Positions 9,448 through 18,285 of a stretch of 64,000 nt of DNA are shown piece after piece. This DNA comes from Candidatus Altiarchaeota archaeon (GTDB lineage Archaea > Altiarchaeota > Altiarchaeia > IMC4 > QMZM01): contig JAYEGX010000055.1 in NCBI GenBank assembly GCA_034659295.1, forward strand, positions 9,726 to 73,725, in the 5' to 3' direction. The notes below the pieces were generated by a model. The model saw only the letters and a program-made list of their open reading frames with translations. It was not told where the DNA came from and ran no database searches. Made by a program: the position numbers and the translations under genes. Positions within the stretch are counted from its first letter, which is position 1. Every line of letters begins with the position of its first letter.

Positions 9448-9942
9448 ATGAAAGTCGAGATGGAGATGGGTTTAAAGGATGTGCCTGGCAGCCTTCTCAG
9501 ATCAATGGAACCCATCTCAAAACATGGAGGCAACATCCTAAGCGTTCTGCACCATAGAGGTGAAGCTAATCTGGTGAAGGTTAAGATAGTCTTTGAGATA
9601 AAAGACCAGAAAAGCCTGGAATTAATACAGAAGTCTCTGAGAGAGAATAGGATAAACATGTCAGAAATCTTTGTTGAGGGTAGGAGATACTATGAAAAAA
9701 AAACCCTCTCATTCATATTAATAGGTCACGTAATAGACTCGGATATAAGAGATACCATAGACCAAATAAACGAGATAGGCTGCGTCTCGGATGTGGACGT
9801 GGTGATGCCAGATCCCAAAGAGAAATCATCTGTCCTGATGAAGGCAGACGTAGATAACGGAAGCCTTGATAAAGCGGTTACCGTAATAGAAAAACTATGC
9901 AGGGAAAAGAATCTGGCATTTATTCATTCACTACAGCAGTAA
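9448..9942 (+). CDS. ACT-domain protein
   Basis: 164 aa. GLKDVPGSLLRSMEPISKHGGNILSV matches the ACT ligand-binding fold pattern. It sits immediately upstream of hom, apart from the inserted IS. Confidence 0.5.
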   Translation: MKVEMEMGLKDVPGSLLRSMEPISKHGGNILSVLHHRGEANLVKVKIVFEIKDQKSLELIQKSLRENRINMSEIFVEGRRYYEKKTLSFILIGHVIDSDIRDTIDQINEIGCVSDVDVVMPDPKEKSSVLMKADVDNGSLDKAVTVIEKLCREKNLAFIHSLQQ

Positions 9943-9944
9943 AC

Positions 9945-11245
9945 TACCCACCGTTTAAGGAGGTGGGCATTCCATCAGGAGGTTAGATATCATGCACAGC
10001 ATAATCCAAAACACCGTCATCGGAACGAAAGAGTCCGTTTACAGAGACTCGTCTGCTGGTAAACTGGAAAGAAGCAGATTGGTTAGAAACATGCTTATCC
10101 CGCACCAACAGAGATTTAACAGCGACAGCAAGACTAGCCTTCCTATCGCTATTCACTATCTGACCACAGTTACCACACTTAAAGAGAGCATAGTTGCTGC
10201 TATGCCCTCTCTTAGCCACAGCACCGCAGTGGCTACACCATTTGCTGGTGTGGTAGGCATTAACAAGGTGAAGTCTGATGTTTTTATCGAAGCATCTGCT
10301 TTCAAGAGTTGTTCTAAACAAGAAGGTAGGAATCCTCAAAACCTCTTTATTGAATCTCCTACCCTTGGGCTTGAATCGTGTGAGTTTCTCGATGGCAACA
10401 TCAGCATCGTATTCAACAGCCAGGTTTGTGATGTCTCTCACGACTTCACCTATTCTGTTCCTGACAAAATTTTGTTCCTTAGTCTTGAGTCGGATAAGCT
10501 GTTGCCTGGCTCGGTGGCTTCCCCTGTCTGCGAAACTCTGAAGCCGTTCTCTTCTTTCAAAGATTCTCTTACGCTTAACCCAGATGTCTTTCCCAAGATA
10601 GAGTTGCTTGAGAATCTTCCCTTCTGGGGTGAGAACAGACACGGCGAAGCATTTACTGTTAACATCAACTCCGAGCATATTCCTTCTTATAGGGATTTCA
10701 GCTTCTTTGGAGAGGTATGCGACTATCTGTCCGTCGGAGGTGAGCCCGTAAGTCTTACAGGTCCACCCTCCCTGGAGCAGGGAGCTATATCTCTGGAGGT
10801 TTCTGTTATGCCTGAGGGGGACTGCTGTTCTCTTCCGAGGATACATCCCAAGCTCTATGAAGGTTCTGGTTTTGGTCTGGAAGGTTTTACAGTTCCGAGG
10901 GACATTAAATTTGACGGTGATTGCCTTAAGGTTTGTGCCTTTGCTTCTGACTACACTCCGTTCAATGTCGCAGATTACTTGACTGTTGAAAGAGGTGGTT
11001 TCCTTGCAAGTTGAATACATCGCCTTATGTAAATCCATCAGCTTCTTTGATGTTCGGTTTTTGAGCAGGAGATTAGCGAGAGAAACAGCCTTAATGCTGA
11101 ATTCCTTCAGAATCGCTCTCTTACAGGCTGTTGCATCAGTTTGTAATCGTATTGCACGCTGCATGTTTCTAACCAAGTATATATTAGATTCAGTATTTAA
11201 AGAGGACGTGGCAACTCCTCCCACCCCCAAAGGGGATGGGTCTCC
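9945..11245 (-). mobile_element. IS200/IS605-family insertion sequence, IS1341-like, carrying tnpB only (no tnpA)
   Basis: A single tnpB ORF is flanked by imperfect palindromes that share a CCCACC core. At the 3' side of tnpB, 9946-9972 reads tacCCACCgtttaaggagGTGGGca. At the 5' side, around 11213-11237, it reads tCCCACCCCCaaaGGGGATGGGt. Confidence 0.65.
9983..11164 (-). CDS. tnpB: TnpB (IS605 OrfB family RNA-guided endonuclease)
   Basis: Typical OrfB_IS605 layout with a RuvC-like core. C-terminal zinc finger CSHCGAVAKRGHSSNYALFKCGNCGQIVNSDRKASLAVAVKS (OrfB_Zn_ribbon). The likely true start is MQRAIRLQTDATA at 11164; the track ORF extends to 11257 and overlaps the hom start. Confidence 0.8.
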   Translation of the reverse strand: MQRAIRLQTDATACKRAILKEFSIKAVSLANLLLKNRTSKKLMDLHKAMYSTCKETTSFNSQVICDIERSVVRSKGTNLKAITVKFNVPRNCKTFQTKTRTFIELGMYPRKRTAVPLRHNRNLQRYSSLLQGGWTCKTYGLTSDGQIVAYLSKEAEIPIRRNMLGVDVNSKCFAVSVLTPEGKILKQLYLGKDIWVKRKRIFERRERLQSFADRGSHRARQQLIRLKTKEQNFVRNRIGEVVRDITNLAVEYDADVAIEKLTRFKPKGRRFNKEVLRIPTFLFRTTLESRCFDKNIRLHLVNAYHTSKWCSHCGAVAKRGHSSNYALFKCGNCGQIVNSDRKASLAVAVKSLLVRDKHVSNQSASFQFTSRRVSVNGLFRSDDGVLDYAVHDI

Positions 11246-12262
11246 TTGCCACAACATAAGATGAAAAAAATAAAGCTTGCTATTGTGGGACTGGGCGTAA
11301 TCGGTAGAGGGGTTGTAGAGATACTTTTGGGGAAAAAAGAATTCCTCAGGGACAGGGGGTTGGATTTGGAGGTTGTTGCCTTATGTGAGATAAATGGCAG
11401 CATAGTCTCTGATGGTGGGGTTGATTTGGAGAAGACCTTGGAGCTTGCGGGAAGGGGGGAACTGGATAAACACAAGCAGTGGAGCAGTAGTAAGAGCATG
11501 GAGGTCTTGGGGGAGGTTAATGCAGATATTGTTTTAGAGCTGACTCCGGGGAACATAGACGATGGGGAACCGGGATACAGCCACATAAAGAAGGCCCTAG
11601 GTAATGGAATGCATGTGGTCACCTCCAACAAGCCGCCAATAGCATTACATTACAGGGAATTAGATGAGCTTGCAGGAGAGAGAAATCTAAAATTAAGGTA
11701 TGAGGCCGCTGTTGGAGGGGCTATTCCGATATTAAACCTTCACCAGAAATGCCTGCAGATTAATGAGGTGAGATCTATCTACGGCATACTTAACGGAACC
11801 ACAAACTATGTCCTGAGCAAGATGGTAGAGGACGGCCTCAGCCTGGAGAATGCATTAAATGAGGCGAAAGAACTGGGTATAGCGGAACAGGACCCCTCAT
11901 ACGACATCGACGGAGTGGATACCGCCTTGAAGGTGATTATATTAGCTAATTCCATGCTGGATATGGATGTTGAATTTGGGAACATGAAGATTCAGGGTAT
12001 AAGGGACGTAACCCCCGAAGCGGTGGATTTGGCGAAGAAACACGGGTACGTTATTAAATTAATCGGTGATGTACGCCGCATGGAGGTTTCACCCCGCCTC
12101 ATACCCGTAGACCACCCCCTGAATGTGTCAGACAGCCTTAATGCTATTATGATAGACTCTGATGTCGCCGGAGAACTGACCCTTGTGGGTCATGGCGCAG
12201 GCGCCAGAGAAACAAGCAGCTCGATATACTCTGACGTAATCGAAATCGCAGAAGGGATTTGA
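11246..12262 (+). CDS. hom: Homoserine dehydrogenase
   Basis: 338 aa. N-terminal NAD(P)-binding KLAIVGLGVIGRGV. Catalytic-domain motifs GILNGTTNYVLSKM and ALKVIILANSM. Confidence 0.85.
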   Translation: MPQHKMKKIKLAIVGLGVIGRGVVEILLGKKEFLRDRGLDLEVVALCEINGSIVSDGGVDLEKTLELAGRGELDKHKQWSSSKSMEVLGEVNADIVLELTPGNIDDGEPGYSHIKKALGNGMHVVTSNKPPIALHYRELDELAGERNLKLRYEAAVGGAIPILNLHQKCLQINEVRSIYGILNGTTNYVLSKMVEDGLSLENALNEAKELGIAEQDPSYDIDGVDTALKVIILANSMLDMDVEFGNMKIQGIRDVTPEAVDLAKKHGYVIKLIGDVRRMEVSPRLIPVDHPLNVSDSLNAIMIDSDVAGELTLVGHGAGARETSSSIYSDVIEIAEGI

Positions 12263-12292
12263 TTTTTTTTATTTTTTTGAAACCGGCTTTGC
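12263..12292 (+). terminator. Oligo-T tract terminator downstream of hom
   Basis: gatttttttttatttttttg immediately after the hom stop codon. Archaeal termination typically occurs at T-runs. Confidence 0.4.
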
Positions 12293-12298
12293 ACATTA

Positions 12299-12345
12299 AG
12301 TCCTACTTGCACAAAAAGTCAGGAATCTGCACAAAAAGTCGAGTT
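12299..12345. repeat. Three direct repeats TGCACAwwAAGTC at about 18-20 bp spacing, at the left edge of the low-GC island
   Basis: tgcacattaagtc ... tgcacaaaaagtc ... tgcacaaaaagtc. Seen directly in the sequence. Confidence 0.5.
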
Positions 12346-12350
12346 TTGAA

Positions 12351-12641
12351 ATGAAAGAAAATTTATTGAAACAATATAGAAAAAGGGAGTATGTAGTGTC
12401 TAACTCAGAATATAAGAATCTCAAGAGAATTCTGTTTTTTAAGCATTTATACATAAATCATAATGTTAAGGGTGGTTGCTTTATGATTGATGGTTTTCTG
12501 CATATTGATTATCAGAATACTCCACTTTTTTTTAGGATAAAATCACAATGTTATTTCTTAAAAAACGGTATAAATATTAACTTGTCTGATGTAATCCATA
12601 ATGGTTGGCTTACTCAGGGGTTCAATCATGTCATTAATTGA
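12351..12641 (+). CDS. Hypothetical protein, very AT-rich
   Basis: 96-aa ORF in a low-GC island. No recognisable motif. Coding status uncertain. Confidence 0.2.
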   Translation: MKENLLKQYRKREYVVSNSEYKNLKRILFFKHLYINHNVKGGCFMIDGFLHIDYQNTPLFFRIKSQCYFLKNGININLSDVIHNGWLTQGFNHVIN

Positions 12642-12852
12642 AAAATTTCATGAAAGGGTAGGTCATTTAGTTGAAGGTGATGTCTGGAATAAGGAATACG
12701 CTGAACTCAATATTACTGAAGAGTCACGTGAACTAATCAAGAAGGGAAGAAGGAGATATAGAGGTTCTGTTAGAATTTCAAGGGGATTGTTTCATACGAC
12801 TGAGGAACGAAAAAGATTAATGGATGAACTTTTATCAGCACAGCTTCCTTAA
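12628..12852 (+). CDS. Hypothetical small basic protein
   Basis: ORF MSLIEKFHERVGHLVEGDVWNKEY...KKGRRRYRGSVRISRGLFHTTEERKRLMDELL. The basic stretch suggests nucleic-acid binding. No family recognised. Confidence 0.3.
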   Translation: MSLIEKFHERVGHLVEGDVWNKEYAELNITEESRELIKKGRRRYRGSVRISRGLFHTTEERKRLMDELLSAQLP

Positions 12853-12864
12853 TTCTTTAAAAAA

Positions 12865-13512
12865 ATGTTCAATGCTGAAGAGAAACGAGAGCTTAAAAAA
12901 ATCACTGAGTTGTATGGAGCTGTTAAAACAGTTATATTAAAAGCTGAAGAAATAAGTGGGGTATCCGACACTCAAGTAATAAATGAGTTAAGACATGCAT
13001 TTGACCACTTTATGAGAATAACTTCTGTAAAATTAGAAATCGTTCCAGATGATGATCTAGGAGAGGATTATATCAAGGATAATTTTAAAAAAACTTATGG
13101 GCACGTTTATCGATCTGGATATGATGCATTGGATTGGGTAACGCTTATTATAAGAGATGATATGATAGACATAATGAAACAATTTCCACTTGAAACAATA
13201 AATGAAGTGTGTCCTGAGTATTATAGAGAAATAAAGGCAGATGTAGAACAGATAAGTAATGAGATAGCTTCTATCCGTGCAAAAAAAGATGTCGGAATAG
13301 ACCATTTTGATAATTTTCTAGAATATGTTGAACTAATGAAACGATTAGAAAATCATAATATTACTTTAACTAGTAAAGTTAATGCAATGACTGAATACAC
13401 TGATAAACTAAAAAAAGAAAAGAGAAAAGAACAAATGATTAATATTGCTATAGGTATTGTGATAGGTCTTAGTGTTGGTGGTATTGTCTTTATTGCTTCA
13501 ACGCTTTTGTAA
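12865..13512 (+). CDS. Hypothetical protein with a C-terminal transmembrane anchor
   Basis: 215 aa. Largely helical and charged, ending in NIAIGIVIGLSVGGIVFIASTLL. Island-encoded. No recognisable motif. Confidence 0.4.
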   Translation: MFNAEEKRELKKITELYGAVKTVILKAEEISGVSDTQVINELRHAFDHFMRITSVKLEIVPDDDLGEDYIKDNFKKTYGHVYRSGYDALDWVTLIIRDDMIDIMKQFPLETINEVCPEYYREIKADVEQISNEIASIRAKKDVGIDHFDNFLEYVELMKRLENHNITLTSKVNAMTEYTDKLKKEKRKEQMINIAIGIVIGLSVGGIVFIASTLL

Positions 13513-13622
13513 ACTCAACCACTTGTTCTTACCTAACTTAAATTCTATTCCTACTTGTTATGCTTATATCTCACCTAGCTCTTTTTTTACCACATAATCC
13601 TATCCATTTTTATTAGTAGACT

Positions 13623-13648
13623 ACTAATAGTCTATTAATAGTCTACAA
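13623..13648. promoter_or_regulatory. Perfect 8-bp inverted repeat GTAGACTA(n12)TAGTCTAC immediately upstream of the AbrB-like gene; candidate operator
   Basis: ttagtaGACTActaatagtctattaaTAGTCtac read directly. It ends 2 nt before the ATG at 13650. Confidence 0.4.
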
Positions 13649-13649
13649 G

Positions 13650-13811
13650 ATGACCACAAAGAAAAAAGTCAAAGGACGGCTTATTTTAGAAGAAATTGCG
13701 TTTGATGATGCCGTTAAGAGAACAGTGCATAAGAGCAATAAGAGCAGCGGGAAGATAACCCTGCCCAAAGAGTGGATTGATAAAAAGGTTTATGTTGTTT
13801 TGATTGAATGA
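13650..13811 (+). CDS. Small AbrB/SpoVT-like (swapped-hairpin) DNA-binding protein, or a DUF2080-like transposon-encoded TnpV-like protein
   Basis: 53 aa: [53 protein letters not shown]. The [10 protein letters not shown](D/G)KKV pattern is typical of AbrB/MazE-fold proteins. It is below the ORF-track length cutoff. Confidence 0.45.
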   Translation: MTTKKKVKGRLILEEIAFDDAVKRTVHKSNKSSGKITLPKEWIDKKVYVVLIE

Positions 13812-13815
13812 GAAA

Positions 13816-14601
13816 ATGAGTGATAACTCCCACATAGAATGGACTGAGGCGACATGGAACCCCTGCACAGGATGTACAAAGATAAGCACCGGTTGCCAGA
13901 ACTGTTACGCTGAACGGCTTGCGATTAGGTTGAAGAAGATGGGTCAGAAGAAGTATCGAAATGGTTTTAAGCTTACAGTTCATGAAGATGTACTCGAAAT
14001 CCCCGAGAAATGGGTGAAACCCCGTAAGATATTTGTCAATTCAATGAGCGACCTTTTCCATAAGGACGTGCCCACAAGCTTCGTCTTCAAAGTTTTTGAT
14101 GTGATGCAAAAAACCGACAGGCATCAGTACCAGGTACTAACAAAAAGACCAGAACGCACGGTAGAACTAAATAATAAACTGCCATGGAGTCCTAACATCT
14201 GGATGGGCGTAACAGTTGAGAATAACGACTATGTACATAGGATAGATTATCTGAGAAAAACCTCGGCCGCGGTGAAGTTTATCTCGTTTGAACCGTTGTT
14301 AGGTCCAATACGAGATGCAGACCTCCAAGGTATTGACTGGGTTATTGTTGGGGGGGAGTCCGGCCCGAATTCCAGACCCATGGAAAAGCAATGGGTTACC
14401 TCCTTAAGGGATCAATGTAAGCGCGATGGCATACCCTTCTTCTTTAAACAGTGGGGCGGTTTTAACAAGAAGGCAAATGGGAGGTTGTTGGAGGGTAGAA
14501 CTTATGATGGGTATCCCAATCAACCAGAGACTAAAAGCACCCTATTCATGCCGGAGTATAATCAGATAATTGCTTCTGCCTGCCGTCTGCAAGAGCATTG
14601 A
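13816..14601 (+). CDS. Phage protein Gp37/Gp68 family (DUF5131)
   Basis: N-terminal signature [31 protein letters not shown] matches the family-defining Cys motif. Length is about 260 aa. The track start at 13804 is a TTG; ATG at 13816 is preferred. Confidence 0.8.
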   Translation: MSDNSHIEWTEATWNPCTGCTKISTGCQNCYAERLAIRLKKMGQKKYRNGFKLTVHEDVLEIPEKWVKPRKIFVNSMSDLFHKDVPTSFVFKVFDVMQKTDRHQYQVLTKRPERTVELNNKLPWSPNIWMGVTVENNDYVHRIDYLRKTSAAVKFISFEPLLGPIRDADLQGIDWVIVGGESGPNSRPMEKQWVTSLRDQCKRDGIPFFFKQWGGFNKKANGRLLEGRTYDGYPNQPETKSTLFMPEYNQIIASACRLQEH

Positions 14602-15472
14602 CAATCTCCCGTATCTGGAAGTTTTTCCTTACCCACTCCTTCTTTTGAAGCGCCTCTATTTTAGGCTTTATCTGTTTATGGATGGCGTGAACATTTTTAT
14701 TGTATGTTGCAAAAATTAAGTAATATTGGGGGCTTTTCGTTTCTGTTGAGTAAACATAGTAGCTGCTTGTTAGATACCCAAGGGCTTGTATCTGTCCCAA
14801 AAAAACATTCCTAAACAGTATGTGGCTTTTCCCCTGTTTTTTGTAATTAGGTAATTGCTCGCGCCACGTATCGGTTCCTAAACTCGTAGTGATTAGGTTA
14901 AAGTCTTTTTCTGTGTTTCTCTTTAGGGCCAGAAGCATGGGTTCTATCATGAGATTGATTATTAATTCAGGCTTCCGCCCAGTTTTTTCATCCATAAAAT
15001 TTGCAATGCCCTGTATAGTTGAAAATTTCAATTGGTCATGGTAAAATGGGTCAAGAAAGAACAATGAGGGTCTATTGGGTTTTCCAATTAATTTCAGGAT
15101 TTCAGGATAGCAAATATTTGCGTCGGCGCAGAAAAATTTTTCGACAAAATCTGTATGCTCTTTAAGATTCTCTTTAAGTTTTTCTATTTGCTCAGAATCC
15201 CAATCGTTGAATATGCACCGTAGGTTAAAATTAGCATCTTTAGCATAATCCATCAAATTAAAGTATGGCGGCTTCCAGTCGCGAAGACAATCTCCTGGAT
15301 ACTTCTCTATTAATTCCTCCGGCATTTGACTGCAGGTGCAAGATCCATCTCCAGCAAAAAGATCAACATAAACCAGTGAATGGATTCTGTTAGATTTAAA
15401 GACGTTTTTCCAGACACCAAAATAGTAAGCTAATATCCTATGCTTTATCTTGCTGTGCAGTTTTACATCCAT
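14546..15472 (-). CDS. TcmP-like (three-Cys-motif partner protein) candidate, with methyltransferase-like features
   Basis: 308 aa. N-terminal [16 protein letters not shown]...[10 protein letters not shown] resembles the TcmP partner family that co-occurs with DUF5131 proteins. The family name is given from memory. It is convergent with the DUF5131 gene, and their 3' ends overlap by 56 nt. Confidence 0.5.
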   Translation of the reverse strand: MDVKLHSKIKHRILAYYFGVWKNVFKSNRIHSLVYVDLFAGDGSCTCSQMPEELIEKYPGDCLRDWKPPYFNLMDYAKDANFNLRCIFNDWDSEQIEKLKENLKEHTDFVEKFFCADANICYPEILKLIGKPNRPSLFFLDPFYHDQLKFSTIQGIANFMDEKTGRKPELIINLMIEPMLLALKRNTEKDFNLITTSLGTDTWREQLPNYKKQGKSHILFRNVFLGQIQALGYLTSSYYVYSTETKSPQYYLIFATYNKNVHAIHKQIKPKIEALQKKEWVRKNFQIREIVNALADGRQKQLSDYTPA

Positions 15473-15494
15473 TCTATAGCAAGTGGGGTTCTAT

Positions 15495-15683
15495 CTATTT
15501 ATTACTCCGTCGTGTTTTCCAAGCTTTTTTGGCTGCTTCGTGTCTATCGGCTCGGGGTTTATCCCAGTAGGGGCTTTTGCATTTGGGGCATACACGAGGG
15601 ATTTTCTCAGTTCTTGGAAGCCATTCATGACCGCAGCGTTCACAACGATACCCCATCACCTTGATTTCTACCTTTTTTACCAT
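15495..15683 (-). CDS. Small zinc-ribbon protein
   Basis: 62 aa. CERCGHEW...CPKCKS forms a C4 ribbon, and the tail is basic. Island-encoded. Confidence 0.4.
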   Translation of the reverse strand: MVKKVEIKVMGYRCERCGHEWLPRTEKIPRVCPKCKSPYWDKPRADRHEAAKKAWKTRRSNK

Positions 15684-15761
15684 ACTAGTTAGTAATATAT
15701 TCTTTAGTATATAAATATCTAGTAGTTATATACCTATGTAATAATATATTATATAAGTAAA
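15684..15761. promoter_or_regulatory. Extremely AT-rich divergent promoter region with several TATA-like elements
   Basis: tagttagtaatatattctttagtatataaatatctagtagttatatacctatgtaataatatattatataagtaaa. Contains TTTAGTATATAAAT, which resembles an archaeal BRE/TATA. Confidence 0.35.
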
Positions 15762-16102
15762 ATGAGGTTGACGAAGACGAGGCAACTAGAAGATTCTTAC
15801 CCTAGCCTCGGCGAGAGCCTTCACTTTATCCATCTGGTGGCTTCTCGCCTGAGGTGGTACACAGATTTCGCCAACGAGCAAGGATGGGTGGAACTGATTC
15901 CCAGACACGTGGCAGCAGCAGGCACAGTTGGCATGGCCACCCTCTTCGCTCTAAGCTACCTATACACCAGCTGGCGAGGTGACGTGGAATGAAACAAACC
16001 ACTAAAATGAATATTATAAGGCTTGTGTTGGCATTTTTGATAATATGCCTTCTGGCCTAGAAAGGCTTCACTGCCGAAAACACCATCATAGGAGTAAACA
16101 TA

Positions 16103-16369
16103 GTGATAATAATGGCATTAATAACCTACACAAGGAAAAAATACCCCGAAAGATACATGAAAGACGAGAGAACCAAGAAATTATCAGCATACGCCGCATC
16201 AGGGTCATGGCTGATTACATTCATCACAGTAACAATACTATTTTGGATGGATTATGTAGGATACATAGAGTTTAGCGCAAGCCAGATAATAAACATTATC
16301 TTCTGGCTGATGCTCTTATCCATAACGATAACAGGATGGATGGTTTTCAGTAAAGACGATACACAATGA
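16103..16369 (+). CDS. Small 2-TM membrane protein, a frequent partner of XRE regulators
   Basis: 88 aa with two hydrophobic helices ([34 protein letters not shown]). Its stop overlaps the start of the downstream HTH gene (ATGA). Confidence 0.45.
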   Translation: MIIMALITYTRKKYPERYMKDERTKKLSAYAASGSWLITFITVTILFWMDYVGYIEFSASQIINIIFWLMLLSITITGWMVFSKDDTQ

Positions 16370-16560
16370 AAACCCGCATCAAGGAATACAGGGCTAGATA
16401 TAATTTAACGCAGGAGGAGCTGGCAAAAAAAGTAGGGGTGAGAAGAGAAACCATAGTATTTCTAGAGAAAGGTAAATACAACCCATCACTGAAGCTGGCA
16501 TACGACATCGCCAAGGTATTCAACACAACAATAGAGGAACTTTTCATCTATGAAGATTGA
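16366..16560 (+). CDS. XRE-family helix-turn-helix transcriptional regulator
   Basis: 64 aa. [39 protein letters not shown] is a canonical Cro/C1 HTH. Confidence 0.75.
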   Translation: MKTRIKEYRARYNLTQEELAKKVGVRRETIVFLEKGKYNPSLKLAYDIAKVFNTTIEELFIYED

Positions 16561-16597
16561 TATCCACTTCAGGATCTGCCATTACGTGGCAGAGGAA

Positions 16598-17203
16598 TTA
16601 CTTTAGTTTCCTGTTCTTGGCTCTTAAACTGGGTCTGGCTTTCTCCGCACCCTTCCCTTTCCGGGTGAGGCCCCTGCCCTTTTTACCCGCAGGAGTTAAG
16701 CCCCTAAAGACCCTGTTTCGGTGTTTATTGCTACATATCCAGTTAATCTCGTCATCTCCCTTGATAACCGGATGGTTCGGGTCCACCAAGACCACCTCAT
16801 ACCATCTATACTGCCCGTCTTCCCACAGCCAGTAAGACCCCAAAACCTCCATATTAGTGTAATGTTTCTGGGCTCGCTCCTCAGCAATCCTCTGCTTACT
16901 CTTACCCGGAGTGATCTTTAACTGTCCAGCCCTCTTCGGCCGCCTGCCCTTTTTTGGCCTTGATCTACCCGTAATACCTCTCTTTATTCTCACCCGGGAG
17001 ATAGTGAATCCCTGCTTAGCCTTATAGCCATACTGTCTGGCCCTGTCGATCCTGGTAGGCTTCTCAACCCGCACCACAGAGCGACCTCTCCTCCACCGCT
17101 TCTTTCGCTCAATAAACAACTTTCTCAACTCAGGGTGCTCCGGGCTGGAATATCTCCTGCCGACATCCTTATACAATCCACTGATATATTTATGATAACC
17201 CAT
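16598..17203 (-). CDS. rpl15e: 50S ribosomal protein L15e
   Basis: MGYHKYISGLYKD...RKLFIERKKRWRRG...GYKAKQGF and basic repeats typical of L15e. The track ORF starts 2 codons upstream (MKMGYHKY). Confidence 0.85.
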   Translation of the reverse strand: MGYHKYISGLYKDVGRRYSSPEHPELRKLFIERKKRWRRGRSVVRVEKPTRIDRARQYGYKAKQGFTISRVRIKRGITGRSRPKKGRRPKRAGQLKITPGKSKQRIAEERAQKHYTNMEVLGSYWLWEDGQYRWYEVVLVDPNHPVIKGDDEINWICSNKHRNRVFRGLTPAGKKGRGLTRKGKGAEKARPSLRAKNRKLK

Positions 17204-17288
17204 TTTCAATGAAATAAAAGCATATTGATTTAATTAGTCTAAATATTTATTATTTTATCAATAAAAATCATCTGTCTAGGAGGACAAT

Positions 17289-17912
17289 GTGCCCATAAAA
17301 AAATTAGTGAAATGGTTTAAAGACATATTCGGGAAAAAAAAGGAAATAAGGATTGGATTCTATGGGCCTCCGAACGCTGGTAAAACAACGCTAGCGAACA
17401 AGATTTCTATGGACTGGACAGGGGAGCCGATAGGTAATGTATCTGAAATCCCCCACGAAACCCGCGAAGTGCAGAAAAAAGAGAGGGTTGTTGTCCGGAC
17501 AGGAGATAAAAGCATCACCATGAACATTCTGGACATGCCCGGTATTGCCACAAAAATAGACTACGAGGACTTCATAAAGCGGGGCATGGAAAAAAAAGAA
17601 GCCCAGATAAGAGCCAAGGAAGCCACCAAGGGAGTTATTGAAGCCATCAAGTGGTTGGAGCACGTGGACACAGCCCTAGTCGTTATGGACTCGACAAAAG
17701 ACCCCTACACTCAGGTGAACATCACCATAATAGGGAACCTGGAGGCTAGAGGCATTCCAATAATAATAATAGCCAACAAGCTGGATTTACCCGAATCCAA
17801 GCCAGAATGGATTGAGGAAGCATTTCCACAGCACCCCGTTGTGGAGTTATCCGCCCTAACAGGAAACCACGTTGAGGAACTATATGAGGCCATAGCCAAA
17901 TACTCAAGATAA
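17289..17912 (+). CDS. Small P-loop GTP-binding protein (archaeal conserved GTPase)
   Basis: G1 GPPNAGKTT, G3 DMPG and G4 NKLD motifs. Confidence 0.7.
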   Translation: MPIKKLVKWFKDIFGKKKEIRIGFYGPPNAGKTTLANKISMDWTGEPIGNVSEIPHETREVQKKERVVVRTGDKSITMNILDMPGIATKIDYEDFIKRGMEKKEAQIRAKEATKGVIEAIKWLEHVDTALVVMDSTKDPYTQVNITIIGNLEARGIPIIIIANKLDLPESKPEWIEEAFPQHPVVELSALTGNHVEELYEAIAKYSR

Positions 17913-17913
17913 A

Positions 17914-18285
17914 ATGGAAGTGGAAATAGAGTTCATATCATCCAATGTATTGGAGTCAAAAACAAACACTCAAAGAATGAGTTACATCCTGAACAGGATA
18001 AAAAAAGACAAGATACTCGTCCTCGAGAGAGGTCTTAGCTCATTTGACGAATCCCGGCTTATAGAGGAAACCATGAAGCAGATAGACGAGAAATTCAGCG
18101 GCATAGAGATTTCAACTCTGAAGGAAAACAACGTGAAGGGGGTTAGAAAAAAACTTATACAGATTCTGGGAGGTAAACTTGGCGGGTTGACGGTAATCGG
18201 CCCCTCAAGATTAATCAAGAAAATAAAGAAGGAACCTGAGAGAATATCTCTTTTTGCAGGGGTTAAGGACTCAGGGAGAAAATGA
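17914..18285 (+). CDS. Conserved small cytoplasmic protein co-located with the GTPase (DUF2073-like; tentative)
   Basis: 123 aa with no catalytic motif. Its start codon overlaps the GTPase stop, which suggests translational coupling. Confidence 0.35.
   Translation: MEVEIEFISSNVLESKTNTQRMSYILNRIKKDKILVLERGLSSFDESRLIEETMKQIDEKFSGIEISTLKENNVKGVRKKLIQILGGKLGGLTVIGPSRLIKKIKKEPERISLFAGVKDSGRK

Noticed and set aside
9992-11014. 340-aa plus-strand ORF
   Set aside because: Entirely antisense to tnpB (which has strong family motifs). Low-complexity Ser/Leu-rich translation with no motifs. Antisense shadow ORF.
15762-15992. 76-aa plus-strand ORF in the island, relatively GC-rich
   Set aside because: No motif, no obvious partner, and it overlaps an AT-rich promoter region. 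Coding status cannot be supported from sequence alone.
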